From: Lama guanicoe | Lineage: Eukaryota | Length of the DNA: 64,000 bases | Assembly (NCBI GenBank): GCA_013239625.1 | Contig: MU054117.1 | Coordinates: 868,001 to 932,000 of the forward strand | Direction: 5' to 3' | Shown: in pieces, positions 38,101-51,597 of the stretch | How the letters are laid out: every line of letters starts with the position of its first letter | Position numbering within the stretch: position 1 is the stretch's first letter | Program-made: the position numbers and the translations under genes | Notes under the pieces: generated by a model | Seen by the model: the letters and a program-made list of their open reading frames with translations, nothing else | The model's database searches: none | What the model was told of the DNA's origin: nothing

Positions 38101-41100
38101 GGACACCAGCTCCTCGGCAGCACTGGAAGTCCTCGGCTGACGTCGGGGTGCCAGCCCCTTTCTCTCTCGCCACCCAGATTCCGTCCCCACATCCCGCTCT
38201 CTGCTGCCCACTCTCCCTGCTGGGCCCCAGCCGTGTGGCCTCCGTGCCCGAGATCCCGTCGCCACTTGTTGTGGCCTGGGTCCTGCTCCCTGCTTCCTGC
38301 CGACGGTCCTGTCTTGACTCGTAAACTCGTCTGGATCCTGGAGCCACTGCTGGGCCCACATCCCCTGCTCTGGGGCCCGCACAGGCCCCGTGGGAGGCCC
38401 CGCCTGCGGCCCTCAGCGGACACCAGCCTCTCCCCCGCACCTCAGGCCGCTGTCTCCTTGTCAAGGGCAGCCCTGCCCAAAGAAACTGTCTGGTGGGCTG
38501 GACGGTCACAAAGAGTCAGGAAATCAAGATGCGGCTGCAAACCAGAGGAGACAGCAGCCTGCCCTCTGCTTCTAGAAGATTCCTACAGCGGGACCTGCCC
38601 AGACTCCCGCTCTCCAGGCACCGTCAGTGGGGACAGTCCCCAGGTTCCCAAATCAGAACAGTGAACGGGGCGTGGGCTTCTGAAGCGGGTCCGGGAAGAG
38701 GACGGTGGCGGCCCAGTGCCACTTTGCTGGGCCTCCATCTCCCTCCCTCCCTTTCTCCCTCTCGCACCCCGAGCTTTGGGCCCATAAGGGAAGCCCCCTG
38801 AGCCTGAATCCTCGCACCGGCCTGGCGGGGGGCCAGACACGTGCGTCTACCGAGCGTTCCCAAGGGCTCTCGGGACAAAGCACACAATCCCACCATGGGT
38901 CGGAGCCGCCCTGACCGCCTCAGCCTCAGACCTGCAAACGCCGCCCGTGGGCTCTCAGACCCAGCAGACTCGTCGGTGTCTGAGTTCACTCCACGTAGCC
39001 CCAGTGTCATCCTGCAAGGTTTCTGCTGTGCTCAGGTGGCCGCCAAGACCACATCTTCCCAGATGACCCCAGGAAACACCAAGCCCCACGCGGAGCCTCC
39101 GCTGGAAAGGCCGAGAGCCAGTTTCAGGGCTGGTCCAGACGGGATGCCGAGCAGGGAGCCCCGCGGACACCCGCCAGCCTGCCCGGAGGGGGCTTGCAGT
39201 CGCGCTCAGGGCCTAGGACGCCCACGTCGCAGGGCACAGCCCCCAGCCCCGGGGAGGGAGCCCCTCTTGTGGTCTCGGACACCAGACCCTCTCCCCGCCC
39301 CCCGGGCCCCTTTGCTAACGTATCTGGGGTGGACACAGCGGCAAACATTTCACACGCAGGAAAGAACGGGCACTCAGAGTCCCGGGAACGCGGTTCAAAT
39401 CCCCACTCCCCCAGGCCGTGGCCCCGCTGTGTGGCCCTGGCTGGGTCACCCTGCCTCTAACCCGCTTCCTCGTCCGCAAACGAGAGCTGCACACCCCAGA
39501 GTCGCAGAGTGCCCGTAAAGACAAGAGCTCCTGGCACAGGACGCCTGCTCCGGAATTAAAAGCGCGGTGACCGTTATCAGTCTGATCAAAGGAGGAGGTG
39601 GGTCAGAACGTCTGGACTGCAACGCGTCCCGGAAACCAGAGCCCTGGCCACGCGGCCCGGTTAAATACGCAAACGTGGGCACGGGCTTGGCACGTGGAAG
39701 CCTCGCGCGGGGCCGGGAGACAAGCTCCGATGCTGCCTTGCCCATCGGTGGGTCGGTGTCGCCGTGCAGGTCTTTTCAACGCGGTATTTGAGTACAAGGG
39801 CAGAGCCGATGCTTCCAAAGAGACTGTCAGGCGGGCGGGGCTGCCTGTCACGAGATTCACCGGGGGTTTCTGGGGCTGTGTGGACAACGGGTTTGCTGCG
39901 ACGTGACACATTTGGGCTGTTTCCCGCCTCTATCTCCACTCCAAAGTCCCTGCAGAGACTGCGATTTCTTTATGACTTGATGGTGCTAATTCCTTCAGAA
40001 GGTTTCAAAAGGCCTGACAGGTTTCATACGAGCACATATGTGTGTGTGACTGTAATAGTAAATAAAAAGCCCCAGAAGTCGCACAAACCTCTGCCCCGCC
40101 CGGCGCCGCCCGGCTGTCCCAGACGTGCTGACGGCACGCCGCCTTCCGGGGGCCCCGCACGGTGACAGCGGGAATCGGAGGGGTCGGGGACTGAGGCCAC
40201 GGAAACCCGGGTGTTAGGGCGAGTCTCACGGAACGGCTCTCCTGGGACAGAGCCTGCCGCCTGTTTGATCGCCCACAGACGGCCCCAGAACGGCCTGGGA
40301 AGGGAGAGGGCCCGCGCGCTTTGTAAGTCACGCCCCCCTCCCCCTGCCGGCGGGCTTGGTTTCGGAACCCCTCTCCCGGGAGAGGCGCGCCCTCCCCTCC
40401 TCCCGCTCCTGCCGGGCCCCTCAGCGCGTCCGGGCCCCCCCTCGGCCTCAGCCTCCGGCCTCCTCTCGACAGCCGGTCGGTGGAAGGAAGCTAACACGGC
40501 GCGGAGGGCGGCCACCAGGAAGTGCTGACGGCACGCAGCGTTGGTGGGTCCCCGACACCAGCCAAGCCGAGCGTCTGCTCTGCCGTATTTGGTCGCCTGA
40601 GGAAGCTGTCGACGACGCTCGTGTCGTGTGAACGTCGGGGGACACGCTGTCTGGGAGGGGCCGGGCTGGACGGCGCCCCGACTCCGACTGCCATTTCCTC
40701 CCAGGTCCGCCCGATCTCTTGGAACTCAGCCAAACGGCTCAGTTCCTTTGGAGCTTCTGAAACCCAAACAGAGGCACCTCAGTGCCTCGGGGCCGCCTCC
40801 CCATCTCCGGGAGCCTAGTTCGCTTCCACAGATGCCGCCGTGGTCCTGAGCTGTGCAGGCCTGCAGCGGGAGGGCATGGAGCACGCAGGACTCCAGGGGA
40901 GTGAGCATGCTCCGACCCAGGGGGCACGTCGGCCCGCGCGCTCCGCCCAGGTCTGGGTGGACTCGGCTGCCCTCTCCCACGTCCCCGACGCCGGCCCCAC
41001 GGGGGTCACATTAGTCCCTAGACCTTAACCTTGAATGACTCAGCAGAGCCTCAGGAGAGTCACCCAAAAGCCCGAGAAGGAGGGAAGACTGACAAGGCTG

Positions 41101-44100
41101 ACGTGATGGGAGGCACGTGCCCTCCCCACCGGCAGGCAGGCAGACGCAGGGTCGAGAGCATCTCTTCCAGCTTCACGGGAAATAGGATTATTAAACCCAT
41201 CAGCGAGCAGAACCAGACCCTGGCTTTCCAGACGGTTGGTTCTGCTGCTGTCTGGACCCTGCCCTTCCTCCAGGGCAACGGCCTCTGACCCCCGCCCTCC
41301 TGCATCCTCCGCCAGGGCAAGGAGCTGGTCGCCGTTGTCATCCTTCCCTGTGACGCCCTGACTCCCCGCCGACCTGCCTGCCCCCTGCCTCGCACGCTGC
41401 TCTGCGAGCGTTTTATTACGGGTGATTGCGAGGAGGTGACTCTGCCGGTTCCGACGACGAGAAAGGGGGGAGATTCTCGGCGGCCCCTCCCCCCCACGGC
41501 CTTGGGGCGATTCCCTCATCCTGCCGAGTCAGATCTACCTACACCCCCGAGGGCAGGGACCCCAAGCCACTGTGTTGGGTCCACACGCGCCCACGATGCC
41601 CAGCGGCGGAGCCTCAGGTGGTCACGATGTGTCTCTCCCGCTGCCCCAGCCCGCGGAGGCATTCGGAGGCCCTCGTAAAAGCAACGGTACTTTCTGTCTG
41701 AAAAGTACTGCACAGTTTTCAGGGAGCTTTCAGAAACAGTCTCTCTGATGAGCTGACTCCCCTCCCGGAAAGCCCAGCGTTCAGTTCAGTGTGACTCGCG
41801 CCAAGTCACCGGTGGAGGCGAGGCTGGGGAGACCGCCAGCCCCAGCCTGCACCGCCTCCTCCAGGCAGCGCAGCCTCCCAGACTCTGCAATGCCAGGGGG
41901 GCCTTCGGGCGAATTCGGATGGGAAACACCATCGCAGGGAAACCCACGCATGCCCCACGTTTACGGTCGTGGACCCTCACCCAGCGCTCCCCATGACGTC
42001 CCCGTGGCCCGGTGTCCCAGCCCACCGCCTGGCACGTGGCGGCGTCCACAGACGGTCATCGAACGAGTGGAGGATAAAAAAGTGAGTGAAGCAAACTGAC
42101 AAGTGCAGGACGAGGTGTGCCGTGACCACGAGACGTCCAACCTCAGGAATCCACTGGTTTCCGAAAAGCTGACCTGACTTACAGAATCACACGTGTTTGA
42201 GATAAAACAGCTTTAACATAAGCAAAGGGCCACCAGAGTAAACAGAGAGTTTTATGATTTTGCTCCAAGAGGCCAAGACCAAGATTCCTACTCTGGAGAA
42301 AAGGAAGAGAAAACATTCAGGCAGAAAACCCTCTTGAGTCCAGAAGGATAAAAATGACCATAAAAATTGTTTTTACAAAAATAAACAAGCTCTACTAAAA
42401 ACGGCTGGAGACGCGGGGAGCGAAAACGACTCCGGCAATCAGAGAGTTTCAGCTCGCCCTGTGAGGTGAGGCAGCACGTCGGCCCGGCAGAGGGACCCGC
42501 TTCTGAGCGCAGAGACTGGCTGCGGGCACAGTCTCTCCAGAGCAGCGCTGCCCTCCTGGCCCAACGTGGCAGAGAGGCGACCAGTCTGCCTCCGGGACCC
42601 TGTCCTTGCTCCTGGCGGCAGGTGCGCCTGCCCTCGAGCAGTCGCAACCCACCCCTTCCCCTCCCTCCTTGAACCCGGCAAGTCTCAAGTTTCACGACCC
42701 GGGGCCCTTCACCTGGAGCGAGAGTTCCACCACCTACCCTGGGATGTCTTCTCGTCACAGTCTAAGGGACAGGATGACACCCTCCCTCCCCCAACAACGG
42801 GATTCCGCGTCGCGGTTCTCTCGGTAGGCCACGTGAAACACTCATTTAAAACGAACGCAGTCACGCCAACGTAAGTGTGAGTAATTTAGAGGCCAGTCAC
42901 AGTTGAGTAATTACTTTTTAACTGGGCGCTGGTGCCTCTGCCCCTGAGAAGGACGCCCCGTGAGGGCGTCTGCGGTGAGCACCGCGGCCCACACGCAGCA
43001 GGTGTCAGTGGGGATTTGCTGACAAACGCGCGCAGGTCGGTCGCTCCAAGGTCGTTCCTGGGCTGAACCCTGAGGACTCACGTCTCTGTGTCAGAATTGC
43101 ACCTTTTGCAGGAACCATGTCTCCTGTTTTCTCACCCAGACTCTCTCGACTGTCGGCCTCACCTGAGAGCCACTTCTCGGAGGAAAACCTCGTTTACTCT
43201 CCCAGCTCACACGATTCACCTGCTGCCTTCCGGGCTCCACCAACCACGTGGGGATCTCGGAGCCCTGCGTTCAGCCCCTGCCCTGCCCGTGTCTCAGCCC
43301 CGTTTCCTCCGCGCCGGTGGAGGGGCGCGTTTGCCCCGTACGCCCGCCCCGTGCTGGCCACAGGCGACTGCGGGGCTCCGCTCAGCTGCGTGCGGGCGGG
43401 CAGCAAACCGGCCCCCAAGGGTCAAACGCAGTGGTTACAAATTTGTAGTCAAACGTCCTCAAGCAGCTTCAAAACTGAAGACACAGCCGTCCACGTAGAC
43501 AGCACGTCCTGCTGGGCGCTGGGTGGGGTGGGCGAGAAGTCAGGGAGCTTCAGGACAAGCATCACCCCCCCACCGCCCGCAAGAGCCAGGAACTCCCACG
43601 TCACGAGGCCCCTCGACAGAGTCCCTCAACCTGAAAGGGAGCACGGGGGACACAGGCCTTTTCCGGATCCTCCTCCTTGTCCGTCGAGCCCTGAAACTAG
43701 CTTGTGCGCTGAACACGCCCGCGGGTCCTCCCACTGGAAAGCGGGCTCCGGTGCCGTCAGCCCGGAGAGGCCGCTGCGGAGGGACGGACACTCAGGCCCC
43801 GCATGGGATGGCAGGCGGTTCCCTCAGGAACCTGCGTGTGGACAAGCTGCCAGGTGACGGTGGGGGGCTGCGGCTCCGAGACCACGCGTGCAGAGCGGTC
43901 AGGACTGCGGCCCCGAGGAGCCTGGCCTCCGTGACCCCCAGGCGTCCTCACGGGACCCCGAGAAGTGATGCTGTGACCGCACCTGCCAGGCTTTCCTCTC
44001 CGACGGGATCTGCCCAGGCCCAGCAAGTGCCACTCCTGGGACGGTGAGAGGGAGCGATGACCGTCACCCCCTCTGTTCACCTTCCGGCACTCTCTGGGAC

Positions 44101-45339
44101 ACGTCCTGCTCCCCGGGCTGATCAGCAGGGACTGCCCCCCACCCCATTCAGAGCAGACCCCGACTCCCCGCGGCCTGTGCCTGGGTCCCTCCTCCCAGCC
44201 TCCTCGCCTGCAGCTCCAGACCTGGCGGCCTCCGCGTGGCCCGTGGAGGTGGGACGTGGGGGGCCAGCTGCTGCTCACTGTCCCGGGGGATGGGGAGAGG
44301 GGCTAGCCCGCCCGGCACACGCGTCCTCTGAGCCGTGTCCACGCGCGGCCCTCTGCCGGCACCCGCAGCTCTGCGGTCTGTGCACCTGGGCCCGCGAGGG
44401 CCTGACCCAGCGGGAGTCCGGCCGGTGGAAGGCTGTGCAGAGCCGCAACGCCCGACAGCCGCCCTCCTTGTCCAGGCCACACCCTGTTTCCACGGACTCA
44501 GAGACTCAGGCCGGTTCCGGCCCTGACAGGCCGCCCAGAGCGCAGACAGACAAGCTCGTGTTTCCAACAGTCCCGTGTGTTTGAGGCGGGCCAGGCAGGT
44601 GGCAGGACCGCACCTGCCCCACCCCCGTGCTGGGAGGGGGACCGAGAGGAGGGCCGGGCCAGCTGCGCCGGGGCCCCCACACGAGGGGGCGGGCCGGGCC
44701 CCACGGGAAGTAAGTTGGCCCGACGCCCCACCCGCCTCTGCAGCCACACGGCTCCCATCCGGCCTGGAAAGGTCAAGAACTAAATCTGGATTTCAGCCTG
44801 CGCTCTCATCCCCAAGTTATCTTGAGAGGAGGCCGAGGGAAAGTTCACAGGGGAACATGCCAGGAGGGGTCAGCGCATGCGTCTGCTCCAGTGACGACAG
44901 CAGTGACCGTCGCCGTGAGAACTGGGCTCCATTCGCAGCCGCTGGCCTCCCCGCAGCGCCCTCTCCTCTGGGCCCGACGCTGCCGACGGGGTTACCACCC
45001 CTGCTTCACAGCCCAGGAGCCTCGAGTCTAGGAGGCGGGGTGACATCCAGTCCTGATGGAGCTGGAACCCGGGACAATGAGCCCAGCCCAGGGATGTCGC
45101 CGCTGTCAGAATCCCCCGTGCTTTGAGCATCACGGCCCCGCGCACCTGCCCCCGCGCACCCGCCCCAGCGCCTTCCAGGCGGCACCAGTGTCTCACACAC
45201 ACAACGGCCCCCGCAGTCACTGGCGGAGAGACCGACGTGGTTGCCCCACACACACAGGGCGAGGCCCAGTGACTGAAGCAAATGCCCCCCTTGCAGGCCC
45301 TGGGGGGCCACGGGGCACTAAGGCAGGGACTGGGAGGCA

Positions 45340-45430
45340 CACCTGGGCTGTGCGGCCTGGTCAAGCTAATTCACTTCTCTGTGCCTCACTCTCCTCCCCC
45401 TGAAATGAAAGGCCTCCAACGGTCCAGGGG
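45340..45430 (+). mobile_element. MIR SINE fragment
   Basis: gctgtgcggcctggtcaagctaattcacttctctgtgcctcactctcctcccctgaaatgaa. Confidence 0.55.
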
Positions 45431-46957
45431 TCTCCCGGTGAGTCAGCACGGCCTTGCTCTCAGGACGCTGCCGCCGCAGGGCGAATGGCGAGCGTGGACG
45501 TTACTGTTACAGCTAGTCAGACGGCTGATCTGACAGCTTCAATCACACAGAAACTGGTGAGAACAAAGGGAGAGGAGGGGAAGAAAGGCTTTGGAGAAGC
45601 CAAAATCAGCATCCCCAAATCCACCTTTAGGGCCGGTGCACTTCACTGCTAAGGGAGACCCACTGCTCCCACTCGGCACACGACCGGCTGCAAGGGTCTG
45701 CGGCCCGGCTCCAGGCCCACAGGCGCGGGCAGCGTGCCCCACGGGCGGGCCGGGGCCGGGGCCGGCTGACGCCCGCAGCGGCGGGCCCTGAGCATCACAC
45801 GGGCCCTCCCGGACCCCAGCTCCGGGACCACACGTCCTCCGCTCCCCTCCCCACAAAGGTGTCACAGCCTCACAGCAGATCTCACACTTGAGATGCCCGA
45901 GGACAGTGCAGTCCCGGAAAAAGGATGAAATATGCCCCCAATTTTCTTGTAAGGATCCAAGGATTCGAATTTTATATTCTAGAAAGACTTTCCGCAAATA
46001 TACTTAGGTTAAAAGGAGCTGGTACATGAAAGGGGTTCCATTACCTGCAGCGTGAAAGTATATATGGAACATTTCTCGCCCAAAATGAACACAAATGGAT
46101 AAAAATGGAGCAAGAGGTGTCACCTACTCAGACTTCAAAGCCGCGTCCCTCTCACCCTGTCCTCGGGCAAGTGCAGAGCAGGCCAGGCCTCCTCCTCTGA
46201 AACCTCGAGGGAGGGGCGCCCCGCACTCAGAGCTGCGCCCGCGGGTGACGCGGCCTCCGTGCGGGACCCTCCGTCCACCGGAGAGCCCGGCCCCTGCCGC
46301 ACTGGCCTCCCCACACCCCGTCCTCTCTCCTGAGGGCAGCGGGCCTGGGGGCGGGTGGTTCTAAACCTCGCGCTGTCTGTGAGGGTGGCGGTGGGAGGGT
46401 CACAGCCCCCACGCAGCCCAGGGAGCCCTGGACACCTCCGCACCCGGTGGCAGCTGTCCCGTGACGTGGAGGACACACGCCTGCACCCACAGCACAGCGT
46501 CGTCTGCGTTTCGAGGGCAGAGCGTCTCCCTTCTCCGAGCGGCACTGTCCTCACCCGGGAAGCGGGAGGGCCAGAGGACGTCTCGCGGGGTTACTGAGAC
46601 GCTTCAGGCCCTTGGGCAGCGTCCGCACCCGGAGCCAGCACGTGAGCCCACGGTCACCGAGTTAGAGCTCCAAGTCCTGCAGCGCGTGACCCGTGTGCCT
46701 TTGGCGGCCTCGGCTGTGCCCAGTTTACCTGCCAGAGAACCAAGCTGATCCTTTAAAATGCCAGCGACTGCCGTTAGGGTGTTTAACCCCGGAGACCTCT
46801 CCGCACCGCGCCTCCTGGGCCCTGAAGCTTCCGGAGAACAGGGCGAAGCCTCACCCTCACACAGCCCCTCGTCCGTGCGGCGCTCGGCCCTCAGCCAGCA
46901 GTCACTGCGCTCCTGCGGCCTCAAGGGGCGCCGTCTGGCGGGGCGCGTCCTCCCCCT

Positions 46958-47090
46958 CCACTCGCTCAACAAGCGTTTATCGAGGGCCTGACGAGCACCA
47001 GTCCCCGCAGGAGGCACCGGGTCCGAGCAGCCGTCCAGAGGGATACATCCTCTGCCCTCAAGTAAACAAGTAAACAGATATGGTGACTCA
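46958..47090 (-). mobile_element. L2 3' end fragment
   Basis: cactcgctcaacaagcgtttatcgagggcctgac...cctctgccctcaag...aaacaagtaaacagat. Confidence 0.55.
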
Positions 47091-47329
47091 CTGTCGTGGA
47101 CATTAGAGGCCGTGCTTGCCAAGCGCTGGCGCCTGGTGGCCGCGCCGCAGAGGGACTCACTGTGACTGAGCAGGCGTCACGGCCCCACCGCCAGCAGACA
47201 CACAACAGAAAGGTTCAGAGAGTGACGGGGGCCACGCAGCCCAGGCCTTTCCTCCCCGGTCAGCGCCTGCAGCCCCGGCCCCAGAACGGCTTTCAGGTCA
47301 CACCCTCGCCCAGGTCCCAGCCGGACCCC

Positions 47330-47380
47330 GGGAGGGGGGGAGGGGGGGAGGGGGGCCCACCCTCCACCCTCCACCCTCCA
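47330..47380 (+). repeat. G-run tract followed by (ACCCTCC)x3
   Basis: gggagggggggagggggggaggggggcccaccctccaccctccaccctcca. Confidence 0.85.
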
Positions 47381-48029
47381 CCGAAACCCCTTCCCCCGGC
47401 CCTACGTCAGGCGGACTCTCCCCTCAGGAGGCAGACTGAGCCCCGCGCCTCCCACCCCGCAGCCCATGCATGCATGGCACGGACCGGATTCCCTGGGACG
47501 CAGGAGCCACGTGGCTCCTCACCACGGTCAGTGTCTTGTGCGAGCCCAGGCCTGTGCAAAGTGTGAGTGTCTGGTGCATTAGGACAATGCCTGCCTGAGA
47601 TCAGTTCTCCGACTCATCTCAGAGCTCGAGGGGCCCTCAGCCGTGGGGTGTCCCCTGCCGGGTGTGGCCTGGCTCCCGAGCTGTGACCAGGAGGGGCACG
47701 GGGTTGTCCCAGGCACAGTCACTGCGGGGCGGGGGCAGCCCCACAGCCACCAGGCCCCTCTGCTCCCCACCCCGTGCGGCGGGACCAGGAAGGTGACGCG
47801 GGGCTGACACGCCCATGTCCCAGGGTGGGGGCAGCTGCCAGAAGCAGGCCTTCTGGGTTTCCTCCCCAACAAAGCTCTCCTGCGGGAACACTGGTGCGGC
47901 TCACCTCCGGGACCAGACAGAGGCGGCCCCCAGCCTCTGCTGAGAGCTCTCCAGGCAGCACACGCTGGACCGTGCGGACACTGCCCGGAGGGTCCACGGC
48001 CCCAACTCACCTCAACCCCAAGGCCAGCC

Positions 48030-48082
48030 GAGGTGGCCACTGTCACCCCCATTTCACAGCATAAATGGGAAACTGTGCACCC
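48030..48082 (-). mobile_element. MIR SINE core fragment
   Basis: ctgtcacccccatttcacag...gggaaactg. Confidence 0.45.
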
Positions 48083-49120
48083 CGGCGTTCTTCCCAGCAC
48101 TCAGCGCCCTCTCCCCTGACCCCAGCCCCACAGTAACCCCCCTCCCTCCACCTCTGGGGACAGCCTGGCCCTGGCTCCAGAAAGTACACAGCCCTGTTCT
48201 CCGCACAAGGTCAGATGCCAAATAGATTCTCTTAACAGTTCAGCCCAAGCCAAGTCTGCGTGGGCCTCTGGGTTTGCAGAGCTGGGCGTTTTCCACGCAC
48301 AGTGAGTCTGCTCCGTGGAAACGGAGCGGTTTACCTGCAGGGGAGCGGCTGCTGGGGCGGGGGTGGGTGTCAGAGCGCTATTATACAGGACACTCTGGGT
48401 GGCGGGTGGCAGGTGGCACTGCCCGTAACCGAACCGTGACGGATGCGGAGAGAAACGTCGCGTCAAGGGGCCAGTTCACATTTCAGTCTGCTCCGCCGGC
48501 ACCAGGAAAGGAAACAAAGATGACAAATTGGGGTGCAACCATGGATGTTAGACGGAGCACCAAACACACAGGCTTGGACTGAAATGATGAGGAAAAGGCC
48601 TATAATGGTTCCAGCCTCGGACATGTTCCACCACCTGGGAAGAGAAGACGGGGACGGGGGAGGAAAGTGAACAGGCGAGTCAGACGGGGGGCAGGGCTGC
48701 GGCTCGGAGGGGCTGCTCCCGCCAGCGTGCCAGCGCCTTTGCTGAACAAACAGGTCGTCCTTGGACCCCACGAGGGGCCCTGTCGGCAGTCGACGCGGCC
48801 CCCCTTTCTGTCTGGATCCTAAAGAGAGCCGTGGGGAGAGGGCGCGCTGGCGGGGACCCACTCCCAGGACCTCGGAGGTGCTGGTCGCTTTTCTCAGAGA
48901 CCATCCAGTGAGCCCTGGCATCGCGGGGGGGGGGTGGCATGAACACACCGACTCCCGGGCCCACCCGCACGCACAGACCGGGATGTGCGGGGCCTGGGGC
49001 TCTGCGCTCTGACTCCCAGCTGACCCTCACGCACCCACCGCGGCTGCGGAACCACCACTGAAGGCGCAGCAGCGCCTACTTCGCAGAGCAGGGCTCCAGA
49101 GACGCCCTTTCTCTTCTTCT

Positions 49121-49340
49121 TCTTTTTTTTTTTTTTTAATTGAAGGACAGTCAGTTACAATGTGTCGGTTTCCGGTGCACAGCGCAACGTCCCAGCCGTG
49201 GGTCTACATACATACATTCGTCTTCATATTCTTTTCCTTTAAAGGCTACAAGACACTGAGTAGAGCTCCCTGTGCTGTGCAGAAGAAACCCGCCTTTCAT
49301 CTGTTTTGTATACAGCGGTTAACCTTTGCAAATCTCAAAC
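49121..49340 (-). mobile_element. LINE-1 3' end with intact poly(A) tail; camelid-like subfamily suspected
   Basis: Poly-T run then aattgaaggacagtcagttacaatgtgtc...catatacattcgtcttcatattctttt...gagctccctgtgctgtgcagaagaaac...tgcaaatctcaaac. Confidence 0.8.
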
Positions 49341-51258
49341 ACGGCCCCTTCTTATTCAAACAAAAGCTATGCAAGCCGCGGGGGCGGGGGGGCGGGTTCT
49401 CAAGCTTCATTGCAGGGGCTCGTAAATGACCTGGGGACCACGTTCACGTGACGAGGCGAGTTTCAGTCAAGGCTCAGTAAACAGCCATCTGCACCTCCCG
49501 TTTCAGGGCCCTCAAGGCTGCAGACGTGGTCAGTGTCCCCTCCTCCCACGCTGAGCCCACGCTCAGCTCTCCTCACTGTCCAGCCTTGAGCTGCCAGAGA
49601 GACAGGTGTGAACCACCAGCCAGTGCCTCCTTTACGCTTAAACTCTGTTCTCTCAGCTTCTAGGACGCGGCTCTCCCCGATTTTCCCCTGACTGTCAGGC
49701 CAAGCGTCCCTGGGGCCGGGCGCGCCCCTCCCCTCACCTGCCCCGCCTCTCCCGCTGCACCTGCCGCAGGTGCTCGGCGCCAGGCCCGGGGCTCTTTCCA
49801 CCCCCCCACCCCGTCTCTCCCCAGCACAGCTGTCTCCGAGCTCCTGCCCCGCACCTGCCCCGTAGGACAAATCCACCTGCATTTGTAGGAGCTCCTCACT
49901 TAACCCCAAACTGCCCCCCTCGTCCCCTCCCCCTTAAATGTGACCTTTCTCCCCAAGTCTTTCTTCTGGCTGACGGCACCTACTGACCCACACTGCCCCC
50001 CAACAGGAGGAATTTTAGAAACTCAGCCTCCTGGGCCACGCCCTGGAACTCCAAACCCGAACCAGAGCTTCCAAAACACTGGCGTCTGTGCGGTTCAAGC
50101 TCTCCAGGCATTTACAACAGCCAAGAAGGGTCGGGAGTCACTGCCCTGCCCAGCGGCCGCGCTGGTACAGAGGATACCGGCCCAGCGTGGAGCTGGGGAC
50201 AGAAGTCTAGGAACAATCTACACAGAAAGGGAATGAAAAATCGTGGAAGTGGCTGAGCTCACCAAGGGAGAGAACGGAAAACCAGAAGGAGACGGGCAGG
50301 ACAGAGCCCAGTCACAGATCCGCAGACACAGGAAGGGGAGTCAGAGAGACAAGGCAGACCGGGAGCCGACTGTGCCCCAACCAAGGCGTGGGGGTCTTCC
50401 AAGGGGCACCGGACAACAGCTGTGCGGGGGGTTCCTGACCACACTGCTGGCGCCCCTGCTCTCCTGCCCCATCAGCCAGCGTGGCTTCTGCTTGGCTGTT
50501 CGTTTCAGGGCTTTTCCTAGAGACCGTGGCCTTCCAGTCGGGGCCCTCACTGCCGCAGGGAAGGCACGGCCCAGGGGGTGCAGAAGATGAAGTCTGACGG
50601 TGGCTTCTGAGGTCCAGGGCAAAGGTCAGGTCACAGACGAGTCTGGAAGACCCCAGAGGAGTTTGCTGGGTGACCGCGACGCCACAAAGATCCTAAGATG
50701 GACTCAGGAGCACCAGTGAGAAGCAAACATGCGTGAGACCCCGGGTGCGTCCTGGAATCCGCAGCCCATCCCGCCCCCGCGGCCCCAGAGACGACCCAGA
50801 GAGCCTGACTGGGGAACAGGAGACCACGCCGTCTGCACGCGCAGAGTCCAAGGCCTCCCGGGGGGTCCAGCGGGCGTGGAGCATGCCAAGGGGTGTCTGC
50901 CCCCCGGGCCAGTGACGCGGTGGCCCCGGGGAGACCCCAGAAGGAGCCACAAGCCCAGGGGACGGGCCGAGGCTGACACCACCGGGCCCAGCGGGGCCTC
51001 AGGTCAGATGCTATGTTCTGTTAGAGAAAGAAAAACAAGTCAGGTTTCTCCTCCTCCAGAGTTTGCCAGCTGAGATCCGTGTCTGCTGCACCCCGCGGAC
51101 GGGGGCCGGGGCTCCGAGGGGGGAGCAGAGAGGAGCCGGCCGAGGAGGCGAAGGCAGACCCCGCCTCAGAAATGTCAGACTCAAAGCACGACCCTGTGTG
51201 TGTGCACACATCCCCGAAAGGCAGTTCAGGGACGGAGCCAGCGGAGCTGGGAAGTGTC

Positions 51259-51300
51259 TGTGTGTGTGTGTGCGTGCGCGTGTGTATGCGCGTGTGTGTA
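51259..51300 (+). repeat. (TG)n/(CG)-mixed alternating purine-pyrimidine microsatellite
   Basis: tgtgtgtgtgtgtgcgtgcgcgtgtgtatgcgcgtgtgtgta. Confidence 0.9.
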
Positions 51301-51597
51301 TTTAGGATGGAGGATACCCCCCATCTTCCCAGCATGCTTCCTTAATTCACAAAGTCACTGCCCAACCCACGGCTCGAGACAGGCAGCCACTGCCTTGGTA
51401 ACTGCAACCCCCTTCAGGCCCCCACGCTCTCCTCTGCACCCCCAGCTCCTACTGTAACCCCCACAAGTCCTGGCCATTCCTACCACCTCTCCCTCCACCC
51501 ACGGCCCCGCCCCGCCCTGCCCCGCCAGTCACCTGAGAGGACAGAGCGACAGGCCGGGAAGCCTTGAGAGGCGTGGGCTGGCATGTGGCTGTCACCC

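Noticed and set aside
42169-42192. CTGACCTGACTTACAGAATCACAC resembles my recollection of the 30-mer unit of the human CACNA1C intron 3 tandem repeat
   Set aside because: Gapped partial match, single copy, apparently the wrong strand relative to the gene, and only 11 kb from exon 3 whereas the human array lies much deeper in the intron. Likely coincidence; a liftover would settle it.
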